Shown here: one piece after another, positions 26,251 to 39,465 of the stretch
How the letters are laid out: each line of letters starts with the position of its first letter
Numbering within the stretch: position 1 is the first letter of the stretch
From: Camelus ferus
Lineage: Eukaryota
NCBI RefSeq assembly: GCF_009834535.1
Contig: NC_045696.1
Coordinates: 11,968,001-12,032,000, forward strand
Direction: 5' to 3'
DNA: 64,000 bases
Notes under the pieces: model-generated
The model's database searches: none
Seen by the model: the letters and a program-made list of their open reading frames with translations, nothing else
What the model was told of the DNA's origin: nothing
Program-made: the position numbers and the translations under genes

Positions 26251-26796
26251 GTTTTTGTGGTTTTTTTTTCCATTTTTTAAAAATTGAAGTATAGTCTGTT
26301 AACAATATTGTGTCAATTTCTGGTGTATAGCATAATGTTTCAGTCATATATACACATACATATATTCTTTTTCATTATAGGTTACTACAAGCCATTGAAT
26401 ATAGTTCCCTGTGCTATACAGTATAAACTTGTTGTTTATCTATTTTATATGTAGTAGTTAGTACCTGCAAATCTCGAACTCCTGCTTTATCCCTTCTCAC
26501 CCTCTTCCACCCCTGGTAACCATAAGTTTGTTTTCTAGGTCTGTGAGTCTGTTTCTGTTTTGTACGTAAGTTCATTTGTGTCTTTTTTTAAGATTCCACA
26601 TATAAGTGATACCATATGATATTTTTTCTTTCTCTTTTTGGCTTACTTCACTTAGAATGATGATCTCCATGCCCATCCATGTTGCCGCAAATGGCATTAT
26701 TCAATTTTTTATGGCTGAGTAGTATTCCATTGTATAAATATACCACACTTTCTTTATCCAATCATCTGTCAATGGACATTTAGGTTGTTCCCATGA
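26251..26796 (-). mobile_element. Young L1 3' end (~550 bp) with perfect 12-bp TSD
   Basis: Longest young copy in the window; TSD gggaccctctag at 26239-26250 and 26797-26808. Confidence 0.92.
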
Positions 26797-29700
26797 GGGA
26801 CCCTCTAGTAACCCCTTTTCCTAAATTAACACCCAGAATCTTAATGGTTATGGTTAATCACCCTTAGTAGCACTCGGTTTGTAGAATAAATGAATGAATG
26901 ATATGTATAGTCTGCCGTGTTGCTACTCTGTGTTTTGTGATATAATTTCATGGCCATCTTGGCTGGGATGATCTGCTCTCCTGGCGTGTTAATTTTATTT
27001 ATATATAAGGAAGCTTTATGGGGTTTTATTGCCAGGTTTGGTGACCCTCATGAAATGAATACATTTATATACAAAACGTCTATGAGTCCGACTCATTTGA
27101 AAAGCTGGTGAAAGCCATGGACTCTCTGCTTATACAAATGCAGATACGCCCATATATGTAATTTCATCTCCAATTCCAGAAGGTGCAAAGGCCTTTGAAA
27201 GTTCTCAGAGATCCTATGATGAGAACCTTTGTATTAAGTCAACCCCTAGGGCCTATGCAAAAATTGTTAAAGTGAGCAAGGCTGTGTGACCCCAGCACCT
27301 TAAAATCATGGATGTTTAAAAAAAAAACCCACAAATATCTTCATGTGGAAACTTGTAATTTCCATCTGGGCAGTGATTTTTAACTGAGGGTTAAGACCTT
27401 TTTGGGGTTTATAAAATAATTTTAGTGGTTTGGGGCCAACACTACCAAAGCAATGTAATGGAACAGAACAGAAAAGAAACCAAGCTATATGTCTATAAAC
27501 TTGAGTTGAGATCAAAAATATGGGTCCCAGTTTGAGAAAACTGATGTCTGCCCTGTTTGTTTTACTGTATATTTAGGGCACTGGGAACAATTTAAAGAAA
27601 TTCATGCTTTCTTTTCATGATCTGTTTTGACTATGTTGGCCCTTTTTATTACTTATAAAAAAGATCCAAGAGTCCACGGGTGCCACTAACATTTTAATAT
27701 CTTAACATTCTATCCCAAGTCATCACTTACCCACAGTTGTGAAAATAAGCTTAAATCCTACTCTTGAAGGCTCTCCTGATTTTTTCTTTTTTATATTCAG
27801 TTTCTTTTCTCCCCCTTCCAGTTGAGTAAGGGTCAGTGTGATCCCTACCCCATCACCACTTAACTGCTTTTAGACAAGAGACCCAGTGTTCTCTAGACTC
27901 GGTTTCCTCATTTGTAAAATGATCCTGGTAATGATGATCTCTTACTACCAGGATTATTGAAAAGATTGTATGAGTTTACATATGAAAAGTGCATTGCATA
28001 AATCCTCAATAAGCATTAATCAGTATCCTTAGCAGTGGCTGAATTGTTTGTGTACCATAAAGGAATCACATTTTATACTTCCTTTAGAATTTCTCAGAAT
28101 CAGTTCATTCTGGCTGCATTCACCAAGCAGATGAGCACTCTGGGCATGGTAATATTCTTGTTTTATAAGCATCTGCCTAATCTTTTTTTTTTTTTTAAAT
28201 GTTGTCTATTTAACTCCTGATTTTTTTGAATAAATTATTTTGCCCCCACACGTCATAAATGACATTAAAAGAACAATCTTTCTTTCCCTTCTCTATATTG
28301 TGAACCAACATTCTGTTCACTTACAAATGTTGCAAATGTTGATTTTTTTTGGAACCCAGATGGGAATCTCCACGAAAACTCAGAATGCCATTGAAGCTCA
28401 ATTGCCTGGATCTGTTATTAAAGTAAATGTGGTAAAAAAAAAAGTTCACAAAGAGAGCTAAGTGATTTTCCTGGTGGTATTCCCCCTCAAAAGTACTTTT
28501 TGTAAGTATTGTGTTAATCTGTAAGGAAAGAAGTTTATTGAATTTCCAGAATTATCAGGAATGCTCAAAAGTAAATATATGCTCCCAAATCAGTGTATTC
28601 AAATTCCTAGAAAAGATAATTTATGCAGGAGAACCTTGCTTCTCCACCACTCAGAGAATTGCAGGAAGATTTCAGTTTAAGCCTGTTGTATCTTATAAAA
28701 TAATATATAGGACATACTCTATGCATATAAATATTCTTTTTGGCACCAGGCCAGTGAGTAGCTGCTATAATTTAAGTGTTGTGTGTGATGTGGGTTTGAG
28801 AAGATTGCTGAGCTGTCTCTCACAGGGCTGCCCTCCCTTCATTAAAAGGCCTTCTGACACTCCTCTCTGTACCATGCCCTGCCCCACTCACTCCTTCCAT
28901 TTATATAATGTTTTCATATTTTCTTTTCTTCCTTTCACTCTCTCTACTATAAAAACTCTCCCTTAGGTAGGAACACAGTGTCTGGTGCCTGGCAGAATTC
29001 TATAGGAAAGGGGCACATGTCTTTGAGTCAGATGGACCTATGTTGGAATTCATACTCATCTATTTCAAGAACTTGGGCAACTTAGTTGACCTATAAGCTT
29101 CAGTTTGTTTCCTGTAAAAGGAGCCTTATTACCTGTGGATTCAGTGAACACTTCATGCTGCTTCATACGTCTTCATACCTCTCTGAAATGTATATATTTC
29201 TTGAGAAATAATTACGTATCAGCATCTAACAGTGGACTTTTTGATTATTATTCATTTGGGTAGGGAATGTCTCTTGTGAACAAGGAGAGTCTTTTTCAAA
29301 CCCCTGCAATCTCGCTGTATCTCAGTTTTCCTACTGTTTGCAAGGGCCCTGACGTTACATGCTGAGTGGCAGATGCTCATGATAATCACTTTCGTTGGCC
29401 ATCTTTTACCTTCCAAGCCTAGTGTGTGTCCTTTTGCATTTTATGGCATTTAAGCTTCGCTGCTCACTTGGGGGTGGGAGGGTAGGGGTGAGGTATTACT
29501 AGGAGGAATCATTTGAACTGATTTCTCATCATTTACAGATGAGAAATGGAGGTTTAGTGATGTGAGGAGACTCACCCAACAGGCTTTCTGGCCCTTGAGC
29601 CTAACTTCTCAATCACTGTTCAGCTCTCTCTCCCCACGAAGCGGCAGAGATAATTAGACTGCTGAGCAAAGAGTAGAGTGTCCCCCTCGCCTCCCCATTC

Positions 29701-30814
29701 AAGACTCTTTTTCCTGCCCCGATACACTCCAACATGGAGGAAATGGAACTGTTCTGAAATTGTCTCCTTGACCCGGGCTGCACAGACGTCCCCCCAGGCG
29801 GGAGGATGAGTCTTTTAAGAAATTGCTCACTAAGTTGGGTCAAAGGTAACGGTCAACCACCTCCCATAGCTGTTTGGTCCAGAATCTATATCCCAAGTCC
29901 CTGGGCATCTTGGTGGGCATTCTGGGAATGAATTCACTTCAATGTTGAAAGCTTTAGTCTTTTACTGGGTGGTGTCGTTGAAGAAAAAGCAATTTCTTAG
30001 TAATATGAACTGTTCCCTAGGTGGGGTCCTTCCCCTTTTTAGAAAACCGGCAGCTCCCTTCAGGGCCTCCTCGCTCGCTTTGGAGGGTATGCATTCCCCT
30101 GAGTGAGCAGTTTTTGATCCTGTTCCTCTTACTGCGTCAACAAAGAAGGGTCAGAAAACATTTACCGACAGTGAAGACACCAGACAAGGGAATCTGGGTT
30201 TTCCTCCTCGGTTTCAGCGTAAGCCCATTGGTTCATTGTTTACGTGTCGAGGGAGAGTCCTGCCAAGCTGGTGCAGGTGTTGCTGACTTGTTAAGACAAG
30301 TTGATTCTACTTTCTCTAAAGAAAAGTCGGAATGCAGTCCTTTGTCAGAGGGACCGCGTTGCGCTGGTCACTGAGCTGAATGTAAGTGTGTAAAAATGCA
30401 AATTGTGCTTTGCTGTGGAAATCCACATGTTGACATCCTGCCTTAAATAGATTTTTTTCAACTGACATGGTCCGTGCCATCCTCCTCCTCACATCCCGCG
30501 TCGTTGGGTAACCCTTCCTTTAGGGTCTGTGACTGTGACGGTGAGATCACCTTTGTCTGCTTTGTCATTTTGCTGTCACCGAATTGTTAGAAGAGAACGC
30601 CGTCACTGGGTGGCTCCACGTGGGAGTGGTTGAGTTCTAATTCTGAAAGGTAGCTGGTAAGTCTGGATTTTCAGAGTTAAGTATGTCTAGGTTGTGAGTC
30701 TGTGAAATGAATTTAACCTCTGTGATGGTAAATTTCAAAGACGTCTTTGGAGCGGGGAGCTTTGCGACCACCCAGAAGATTCTCACAAAAGTTCGTTAAC
30801 CCAAGGCAGTTTTT

Positions 30815-31150
30815 CATCTAGATAGGCTGACTCCTTCAGTACATAACCCCACATTTCAGTGGCTTTATGCGCTCAGAGGTTTGCCCTTGTCGCGGTCTCC
30901 TGCAGGTTTTCTTTCTCTACCAGGTCATTCAGGGATCAAGGCTGCTCCACTTGCTTGACTCCTGGCTTCTCTGCACTTGGTGTGTAGGGAAGAGAAGAGG
31001 GGGCATCTGGAAGGTCTCAAGGGAAGTGTCAGGGGCGGATTCTCGAAGTGGCCAACATTATTTGAGTTCGTATTCCCTTGACCATGACCCAGGCACCCAT
31101 GTAGTGGTGACTGGGCTGGGAAGCTTCAGTTCCTCACTTCCCAGGGGAAA
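30815..31150. mobile_element. Degenerate MLT1-like (ERVL-MaLR) LTR fragment
   Basis: 'cataaccccacatttcagtggcttt', 'gtcattcagggatcaaggct', 'ggctgggaagcttcagttc' resemble old MLT1 LTR motifs. Confidence 0.5.
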
Positions 31151-32611
31151 AAGGAATCAATCTAATGTCTCCGACACAGTTGCGTTATCTAAACTTAATC
31201 TTAAAGGTTTCTGCAGGTGAAGTTTGTCTATTAAGAAGACTCTGACAGGGATTGACTTGGCAGCAAGGGATTTGATCTGAATTCTGAATTTATTTTTACC
31301 ATGTTTATGAGCCTCCCACAAATGGGGAAGAAGGGAATTTTTTTTTTTTCCGAAGTGCTGCAGAGGGGTCTTTTCCTCTTGTCTGATGATGTATTTATAA
31401 CCTGCCTGAAGATCCAGAATTAATGTCTGGTCATGCATGATGCATTCTAGTTGTAATCAAATTCAGGTTTTTCAGATGGTTCCTCTGTGGATCTGTGCTA
31501 ACGTCAGAGATTCCCTGACGTTCATCTTTGTACCTTGCTTTGTCCCGAGTTTTCAGGGTTAGAAGGCCACATCGTCGGGTTTCCTCATTTGAGAAGCAGC
31601 TCTCTTGACTTTCAGGAAGATTCCAGCCTGACTTTCCTGTCCAGGAGTGTGGAATTCCAGCGATGTGATTTTTCCTCAGAAGAGATATTTCTCCCCCTAT
31701 AAATTCCAAAGGTTTTCATCTTTAATAATAATTTTGGGAGCATTTAAAACATTTTATCCTTCCCCAGTCATCTTCAACAGAATACGCTGAGTGTAATTTA
31801 ATCTTTCCCCAGGTTTTTCCCCTCCCAGGCTGAGATCTGGTCAAGTAGAGGTTATTGAGATTAGAAGGCTCGGAAAGGTGCTGCTTGGGAGCCACCAGCA
31901 TCACGTCCTCAGGATTGCTTCATTTCCTCCTGTGACATCTCGTGTGGTTTTCTGTCCCTTCTTCCTCCTCCCATCTGACCACTAATCCCCCGAATTCTCT
32001 GCTGTTAGTTTATGATTGGCTGTCAAACCAGATAACTCAGCGTGTTCAGTTGAGAACTGATTGGTTTTAAATGAGGACTATGGCAGAGAGAGAGACTCCC
32101 ACCATAGACCGAGTCAAGTTCAAACTCCTTCTCTTGGCGTCCACAGCCTTTGGCAGCTGCTAATCTGGCCCTAGCTGGTTACACAGATTGCAGCAACCCC
32201 ACCCTGATCACCCCCACTGCACCCTCTTCCTGACCCACACCGAGTTATGATCCTCCTAGTCCTTATAATCGGAATAAATATCAATGAACAGTAAATGAGT
32301 ACTTGCTATGTGCCGGGGTCTTTTGGAGAATATGGTAAAGCATTAAACCCTCCCAGAGACCAAGGCATATAAATATATTAAATACAAATCAAATTATCAA
32401 ATATTTCAAATGAACATCATGTTTAATTAATAAATACTGTGACATATCACATACGTTAATAAGTTAATAATTAAGTGTAGGTTAAATATTAACTATATAG
32501 GCATATGGAATATATCAAAGCATTTGACGCTCTCAGGGACTAGTTGGGGAGTGTTAATGTCTCCCTTTTTTACAAAAAGGAAAGGAAATGCAGAGGTCAA
32601 CTTGCCCCAGG

Positions 32612-32632
32612 TCACACCGCCAGGGGGCGTTA
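32612..32632 (+). promoter_or_regulatory. CTCF-like motif inside a MIR relic
   Basis: CCGCCAGGGGGCG at 32617-32629 matches the CTCF core; flanks 'aacttgccccaggtcacac…agagc' are MIR core. Confidence 0.55.
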
Positions 32633-33509
32633 GAGCTACCCGCTGTGTGGTGCTGACTGTCTGAAGAAGCTAGACTCTCACCTGGTGAATTCCCCTCCCC
32701 AGCCCTTTCTTCTACTTGGTGGAGCCCCTATTCCTTCACATTGAACGGAGACTCTCCCTCTTCCTCTAACTTTCCCCCATCTCATACTGTCTCCTCCCTG
32801 AACAGGATGCAGTCTGGGCTCAGAAATGAGATCACTGCACATGCCATCTGTTTGCAAGCCCCTCTCCCTCTGCTAGAGTTGATCTCCTTGAGGGACCGGT
32901 CCTGGTTCCTTTGTTAAATGCTGGTGGAGCCGATCAGCATTAGAGATGACCACGTCAGCTCCTCGTTTTCCAGATGACAAAACCAAAGCCCAATGTGGTT
33001 CCATCACTGAGCTGTCTGGGGAGGATCTGGGACTAGAACCTATGTTTTCAGAGTCTGTGACAGCATAGACTTCAAAAGCAGAACCCTTGACAGTGGTTTT
33101 GGTCTTGTTCCTTAGTTCCTGGCTGTGTTCTGGATGGTGCACCCGGGGCTCTCAGATGCGACAGGTGTACATAACGTTCTGTGTCTAGAACGTGCGCTTG
33201 GAGTGTTGACAGCAGTTGGAGGAGTGGTTTGGCATGAAAAGTCAAAGCAGGGCCCTGAATTTACACACACCTGCTGACTGAGGGTTCAGATATTCTGCTG
33301 AGGACAGAAGAGCACGTGAACATGTGTGACTAAAGGGGTTTGGTTTGTTTGTTTGTTTTCCTAAGAGGAAACTAACAAATTTTATTCATTCTTTCATTAA
33401 TTCTCATATTTAATGTAGTAAATCACTTGCTAAATTCTGTCTCCTAGTACAAATTATCCATAACTGTTCTGCACCTGTGTATGTAACTTAGAATACATAA
33501 ACTACCAGG

Positions 33510-34530
33510 CTTAAATTTTTGTTTTTAATTTGAAATTGTCACAAGCTTGGGGAAGCATATGCTATGAAATTCTATATAGTATAAAGAATTTTGTTTCCTC
33601 TAAATCATTTGAGAATAAATTGCTATTACCCCAGGCATGAAAGTTTTTTTTTTTCCCCCTGTAAGCAAGGACACTCTCCCAAGCAACCACCCACAGGGCT
33701 GAAAATCATGACATGAGCTGACACATTGCTACCAGCTGCTCCTCACACTCTGTTCCACTCCTGTCATTTGTCCCGAGCACCATTTCAAATAACAGATGTT
33801 TCCAGTAGAGTCACGTGTTGCCTTGAGTTGTCCCGTGTCTTCAGATGCCTTCAGTCATGAACAGCTCCCCAGTCTTGGTTCTCATGACCTTGACTCTTTT
33901 GAAGAGCCCAGGCCAGTTACTTTGTTAAGTGTCCCTCAGTTGGGCTTTACCGGAGGCTTTCTCGAGATCGGATCCATGTTCTGCATCACTAAGTGGCAGA
34001 CACACTAAATGGTAATGGTGTGTCCTTTGCTGGGAACGCCCAGTTCTGACCTGTCCCATGTCTGGATGCTGTTCCCTCACCTTGGTCTCTTGGTTAAGAC
34101 GGCATCTTCCAGACTTCCCTGCTGGGAAGTTATTCTTTTCCTCTTTGTAATTAGGAAATGTTTTCTGGAGAGATACTTTGAAATGATGTAGAGCCCTTAT
34201 TTCTCATCGGATTTTGAATGTATTTATTTATATTATTAGTATAGATTCATGGTTTATTATTTTAGTCAGTTTAGTCAATGGGTTATAATCTGTTAATAGT
34301 GGTATTTATTTTGAGACTCAGGTCTTTCCTGTTTGGACCTGTGGGGGTCCCTTCAAGCGGGCTCCTCTGTCCTCCCGTGTCCCCCATTCCTCACTCTGGC
34401 TGGACTCTGATGCACCCTGGATGCTCCCCTCTGTGAGTGCCCCCCACCCTGCCCTGCCCTGCCCTGCCCTGCTTGGGCTCTGACACCCCCATGCCGGGCT
34501 ATTCCTGTGAGTGGACACCCTCCCCACTCT
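33510..34530 (-). mobile_element. L1MC4/L1MC5-like 3' region
   Basis: 'caaggacactctcc', 'catgaccttgactcttttgaagagcccaggccagtta', 'cccttcaagcgggctcct', 'ctgcttgggctctgacaccc' resemble L1MC 3' UTR motifs. Confidence 0.65.
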
Positions 34531-35076
34531 AGTTTTTAAAAAACTCAGATTTTAAGACAAAGTATATTTCAGTTTATCTTGGGGTCAGTATACCATAGAC
34601 ATTTTAATGAAGTTTTTAGGGGAGAATTGGTTTTGTTCCTAAAGTGAGGGGGGAAAAAAACCAAAACACGACGATGAGGCCTGTTTGTTATTTGTAGGCT
34701 GGTGGGAAGCTCGAGCTTCCAGGCCTCCAGGCACATTCTTATACAAAGTATTACAAGACTTAGGAGAAGTTCAGTCATGTCAAAAACTCAAATTTGAAAA
34801 TGTCATCACTTTTCTTCCTTCACAACTGGGTGTTGATGAGACTTCCAAGGTGATTGGAGGGCAGCTTCTCAAGGAGACCTGTGGGTGAGGGAGAGCAGGG
34901 CAGCTCACGGAGAAACCTGCCAGCCCTGCTTCCAAGTGTTGTCCGTGGTTCTGGTTAACGGAACCTTTTAATCCTCTGCAGACCCAGAGGCTCCTTCATT
35001 ACCACATCCTTTTCTATATAGTTTGCAGGAATTTGCCACTCTCAAAATCATCAACTTAAAGTCTCAGCTCCAAATT

Positions 35077-35507
35077 TTTAAAAAATTGAAATACAATTGA
35101 TTTACAACGTTTCAGATCTACAGCAAAGTGATTCAGTTATATATTCTTTTTCAGATTCTTTCCCATTAAAGGTTACTACAAGATATTGAATATAGTTCCC
35201 TGTGCTCTACAGTAGAAACTTGTTATTAATCTATTTTATACATAGTAGTGTGTATCAGCTGATCTCAAACTCCTAATTTATCCCTCCCCACCTTTCCCCT
35301 TTGGTAACCACAACTTTGTTTTCTATGTCTATGAGTCTGTTTCTGTTTGTAAATAAGTTCATTTGTCTCATTTTTTTAGATTCCACATATAAGTGGTATC
35401 GTATGATAATTGTCTTTGACTTACTTCACTTAGTGTGATCTTCTCTAGGTCCATCCATGTCGCTACAAATGGTAATATTCCATTTGTTTTTATGGCTGAG
35501 TAATATT
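35077..35507 (-). mobile_element. Young L1 3' end (~430 bp)
   Basis: Colinear with the 26251-26796 copy; ORF 35368..35565(-) carries 'YYSAIKTNGILPFVATWMDLEKITLSEVSQ' (ORF2 C-terminus). Confidence 0.9.
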
Positions 35508-37938
35508 TGGCCTCTAAATTTAATTTTAAAAAATTGTTTATAGGTAGATTTTTTTTGAAAGTCAAGATTTTAGTGAGGCAATGATTATAATGAACACATT
35601 CAGATGCATATCCTTGTTAACACCCAAAATATGTAAAATTTATACCGTTTGTTTTATAAATATGACTTTGTGCATTTCGTTCTCTCTCTCATTTACACAC
35701 ATACACCCCAGTGTGATGAAAGATACTTATCGAAGACAGGAGTTGGGTAAATTTAGAAACTCAAAACATGTCAAGGATATACTATTCCAACTTGTATCAG
35801 AATTTCCTTGGAATGGAAAAGTCTCTTTCTCCCCTTGAATTTCAAGCAACCATACCAATATTAAAAAAAAAAAATCTTCACCATCATGTCATTTACATCA
35901 CTCTTACCCATAACACATGGTCATTGTTTGGCTGAATTGAACTGGACCCCCGATTTTGAGGCTGATGGAATAGATTTCCTTTTTTTTTTTTTTAAATCAT
36001 TATAAGAATGAGAGATTTAAAATTACTTGTACTCCATCTCATTCCAAAATAGTTTTGAGTGTTAAAGTCAACCCTAAAACTCACCCCAAAGCAAGGTGAT
36101 ACTGTAGAAAGAACACTTAAAAATTAGATATACTGGGGTGTAAATCCAGCTTCTCCAACTTATGAATACAATGGCTTCTTCAGGGTCTAAAGATCCTTGT
36201 GAGGCACTGGGCATTCAGAAATGATCATTATTGTCATTTGGTTGAAAGACTACCTCAAGGCATTCTTGGCAGAAGGAATAAGGCAGACATTCGGAGGAAG
36301 GAATTAAATGTTGAGTGATACTGAGTTAGTTCAGAAGAACTGGAGGGCAATGGCCCCACCTCTCAGGTGGCCAGAAGCTCAGCCCAGACTCAGATGCAAG
36401 AATCTCCTGATCGCTTCCCAGAAACCAAGAGCATTCGGAACTTAAGATGGGGATTGAATCAGTGTCTCCCAATTCCTTCTGGACCTTAAGCTTCCAAGAT
36501 TTCATTTCCTTTCTTTCCTGGTCTCTTCCCTTCCCTTCTCTTTTTTCTCCCCTACCCCATCCTCTGTTTTCCTTCACTCCACGGACCGCTCTTAGTTCCA
36601 TGGTTGCTGTTTTCCATTTTTCCTACTTCTGATGCTGAGATAGGAAACCTTTAGGTTGGCTTGGAGTTTCTGAGGCAATTGAAAGAAGGACTTCTTCTTT
36701 GTTTTAGGAGTAAGTAGAGTGTGTGAATACATCTGTAGTTTTCATGACAAGTTACAGGACGAAATTCTCAGGAGCCCAACCAAGCAAATGCCTAACATTT
36801 CATTGCTTTTGGTGAGCTGTACCTTGGGATAGAGTTTCAAATGTATTCACTATATAATTTGCTTTTGCCTTTATCTTAGTCGTTCTTCCCCAAAGAGTGT
36901 TTTTTTAAAGGTCTTTTTTTGTCTTAACAATTATAAATCATTTTGATGCTAATAACTGCGAAGGTAGTGCTTTCTCTGTAATCCCGAAGTTACTTAAAAT
37001 CGATGGTGGATAGCATTGCGGGAGAGTTTTGCAAGATACTTGGCATCTCAACTATATGCTGAGTAACAATGTTTTTATTCTCTGAGCCTAATGTCCTGCC
37101 TGAAGAGCAGGGACAGATCAACTACATACGTCTGGTGTATTTTGATGGTTTTAACCTAGACTGTAATTCCTACCTGAGCTTCCTTTTTTAATGCTTTTTG
37201 GTCCCAACAGTGTCCTGATGTAATGCCCTTGTCTGTGTTCCATAGTTATGGGTTGTGTAATAGGAGAGCCTAGAGAGTGAGAAATTGAACCCAGGGTTTT
37301 TACTGTATAGTTTTAAATTCCGCTGTATTAATGTAGCTCTTGAGACCCTGTAGGAACAAGCCATTTGTTTCCAAGTCTTGGCTCATGGGGTCAGAGTCCT
37401 CTTCCCAGAGGACTCTTCCCAGTCCTACGTAGCTAAGCATGTAGTGTCTCGTACCTAATAGCTCTTGTTTACGCTTATTAACGAAAAGTGACTACGTCAT
37501 ATAATCTCGCTCTGTAGATGAACTTTGCTCTAAAATTTACAGTTCAAATCCATCCATAACTAGGGTTTATCTGCCCAAACATATGAGTCATACTTTTGGT
37601 GCTGGCTTTTTTTTTCTGAGTCAATTTGGCAGCAAACACATTTTATTATTGGCACCTCCACTGAAATAAACATGAGATAGCAGGCATTTGGTTTTCAGTC
37701 CTCTAAACTGTGACTTTTTAAATCTAAGTGGAATGTCTAAACTTTAGTGCATTTATATCTAGGAAGTCTGATTGGCTTTGTGCATTCCTGACAGGTTCTG
37801 GGGTACTAAATAATGTATTGCCATTGACAGTAATCTTTCCAAGATACTGAAATTTTTGTCTCTGGTTGTCTTTAATCAACATAGTTACTTATATTTAGAA
37901 GATGAATTTTCTGTCACTTTAATTTGGGTAACAATAAT

Positions 37939-38149
37939 CTTTTTTAAAAAAATTTTTATTGGAGTGTAGTTGATTTACAATGTTAATTTCAGGTGTACAG
38001 CAAAGTGATTCAGTTATACACGTGCATACATATATATCTTCTCTTTTCAGATTCTTTTTCATTATATGTTATTACAAGAAATTGAATATAGTTCGCTGTG
38101 CTATATAGTAGGTCTCTGTTGTTTACTTATTTTATATATAGTCATAGAA
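37939..38149 (-). mobile_element. 5'-truncated young L1 3' end with TSD
   Basis: Shared terminus; TSD taacaataat at 37929-37938 and 38150-38159. Confidence 0.87.
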
Positions 38150-39444
38150 TAACAATAATTTTTTCAAAAAGCTTGCAAAGACGTAAAAGAACGAGAGAAC
38201 TGGTGTGTTATTTTACAAGGTGATGCTGTTTGAGTTGTCACTTCTCACCCTTGCACTGTGTCCCTGAAGAGGGACACCGGCTGCCTCCCATGACTGTTGT
38301 CATGTGCCTTCCCTTTCTGCACCACGTGAAGGCTTCGTGTGTTTTCACTGTAAGTAATAGGGAAACAGAATTCATAAATTCAGGCACTGACTTCACTGAT
38401 TTTCTTTTTCATACTTGCTCTTTTGGGAAAGCTTCTGAGTGTGGTGCAAGAGCCTAGAGATGGTGACTGCTAGCCGATATTTAGATGTAATGAAAGATCC
38501 CACATGTTTTCACCCCCGAGGTATCATTTATTAATATCACTTCTGTGGCTCAGACAGCGAGAGGACTGTGTGGTTTCCAACGGATTGCTCCGTTTACTCT
38601 TATTATTCCCATTTTACTGAGGAAGAAACTGAGTCTTCGTGATATGACATAACTTTTCCACTAATTTCGATATTAAGCAGCAGAAGCAAAATTCCCACCC
38701 GATTCTGTCTGGCTCCTCTCTCCATTCTCCGCTCACTAATCTCTTAGTCCCAGTCACTTATGAAATAATGACATGTAGCTGAGTTTGAGAGGAGTCTGGT
38801 CTGGGAACAGCCTGATTTTGGCTGATGCTGCCAGGTGTCTTTCACAGTTGCTCAAGACCTGTTCATTATCTGTTTCAGATTTCATTTTGAGATTAATTAA
38901 TTAACCCTTAAGGGCTTTTCCCATTGTGTCAAGTTCAAACAAAAGAAGCTGACAAACTCCCATTATAAATTGGAGATACGTAACAAACAAACCGCACAAG
39001 CCCCAACAAGAACTCAGTCGGCAGGTTTGGCTTTCGCTCCCCTGAAGCCTGGGCCAATGTCAGCAGTTAATTGCGTTCTCAGAAATACCATGGAAGCAGG
39101 GGAGGAGGGTGTTGGGGTGGTCACATGGCCAGGTTTACGCCATAAAAATCGGGGCTGTATTTTCCTTCACTTTGAAAAGCACGCAGGAGATTTAGTTTTG
39201 ATTGCGTCCCAGAGGGAGATACCGAAGTCTTTCTGAGAATTAAATATGCACAACATATTACAAATTAATTGTGAGCAGTTCATTGCTATGTCTTAAAGAT
39301 TGGGGGATTGTTGTTGCTTTTGTTTTAATGAGTGGGAAGAAACTGCTAATGAGATACATTACACTCCAAATCGAAGTGTTGTTACTGTATAAAATCACCT
39401 GTAAAACCTGTGTTCCTTTTCACTGCGCTTCCTTCCTCTGGTAG

Positions 39445-39465
39445 ATTTATTTAACACAGCGTAAG
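39445..39465 (+). other. Candidate 21-nt microexon ATTTATTTAACACAGCGTAAG (IYLTQRK in phase 0)
   Basis: Long AG-free pyrimidine tract containing TGC (39424-39426), ggtag| acceptor, AAG|GTATTT donor; competing donor C|GTAAGG at 39460/1. Confidence 0.4.

Noticed and set aside
36691..36715. 2-nt microexon ttttag|GA|gtaagt
   Set aside because: Short pyrimidine tract preceded by AG-rich sequence, and frameshifting length; likely a chance match.
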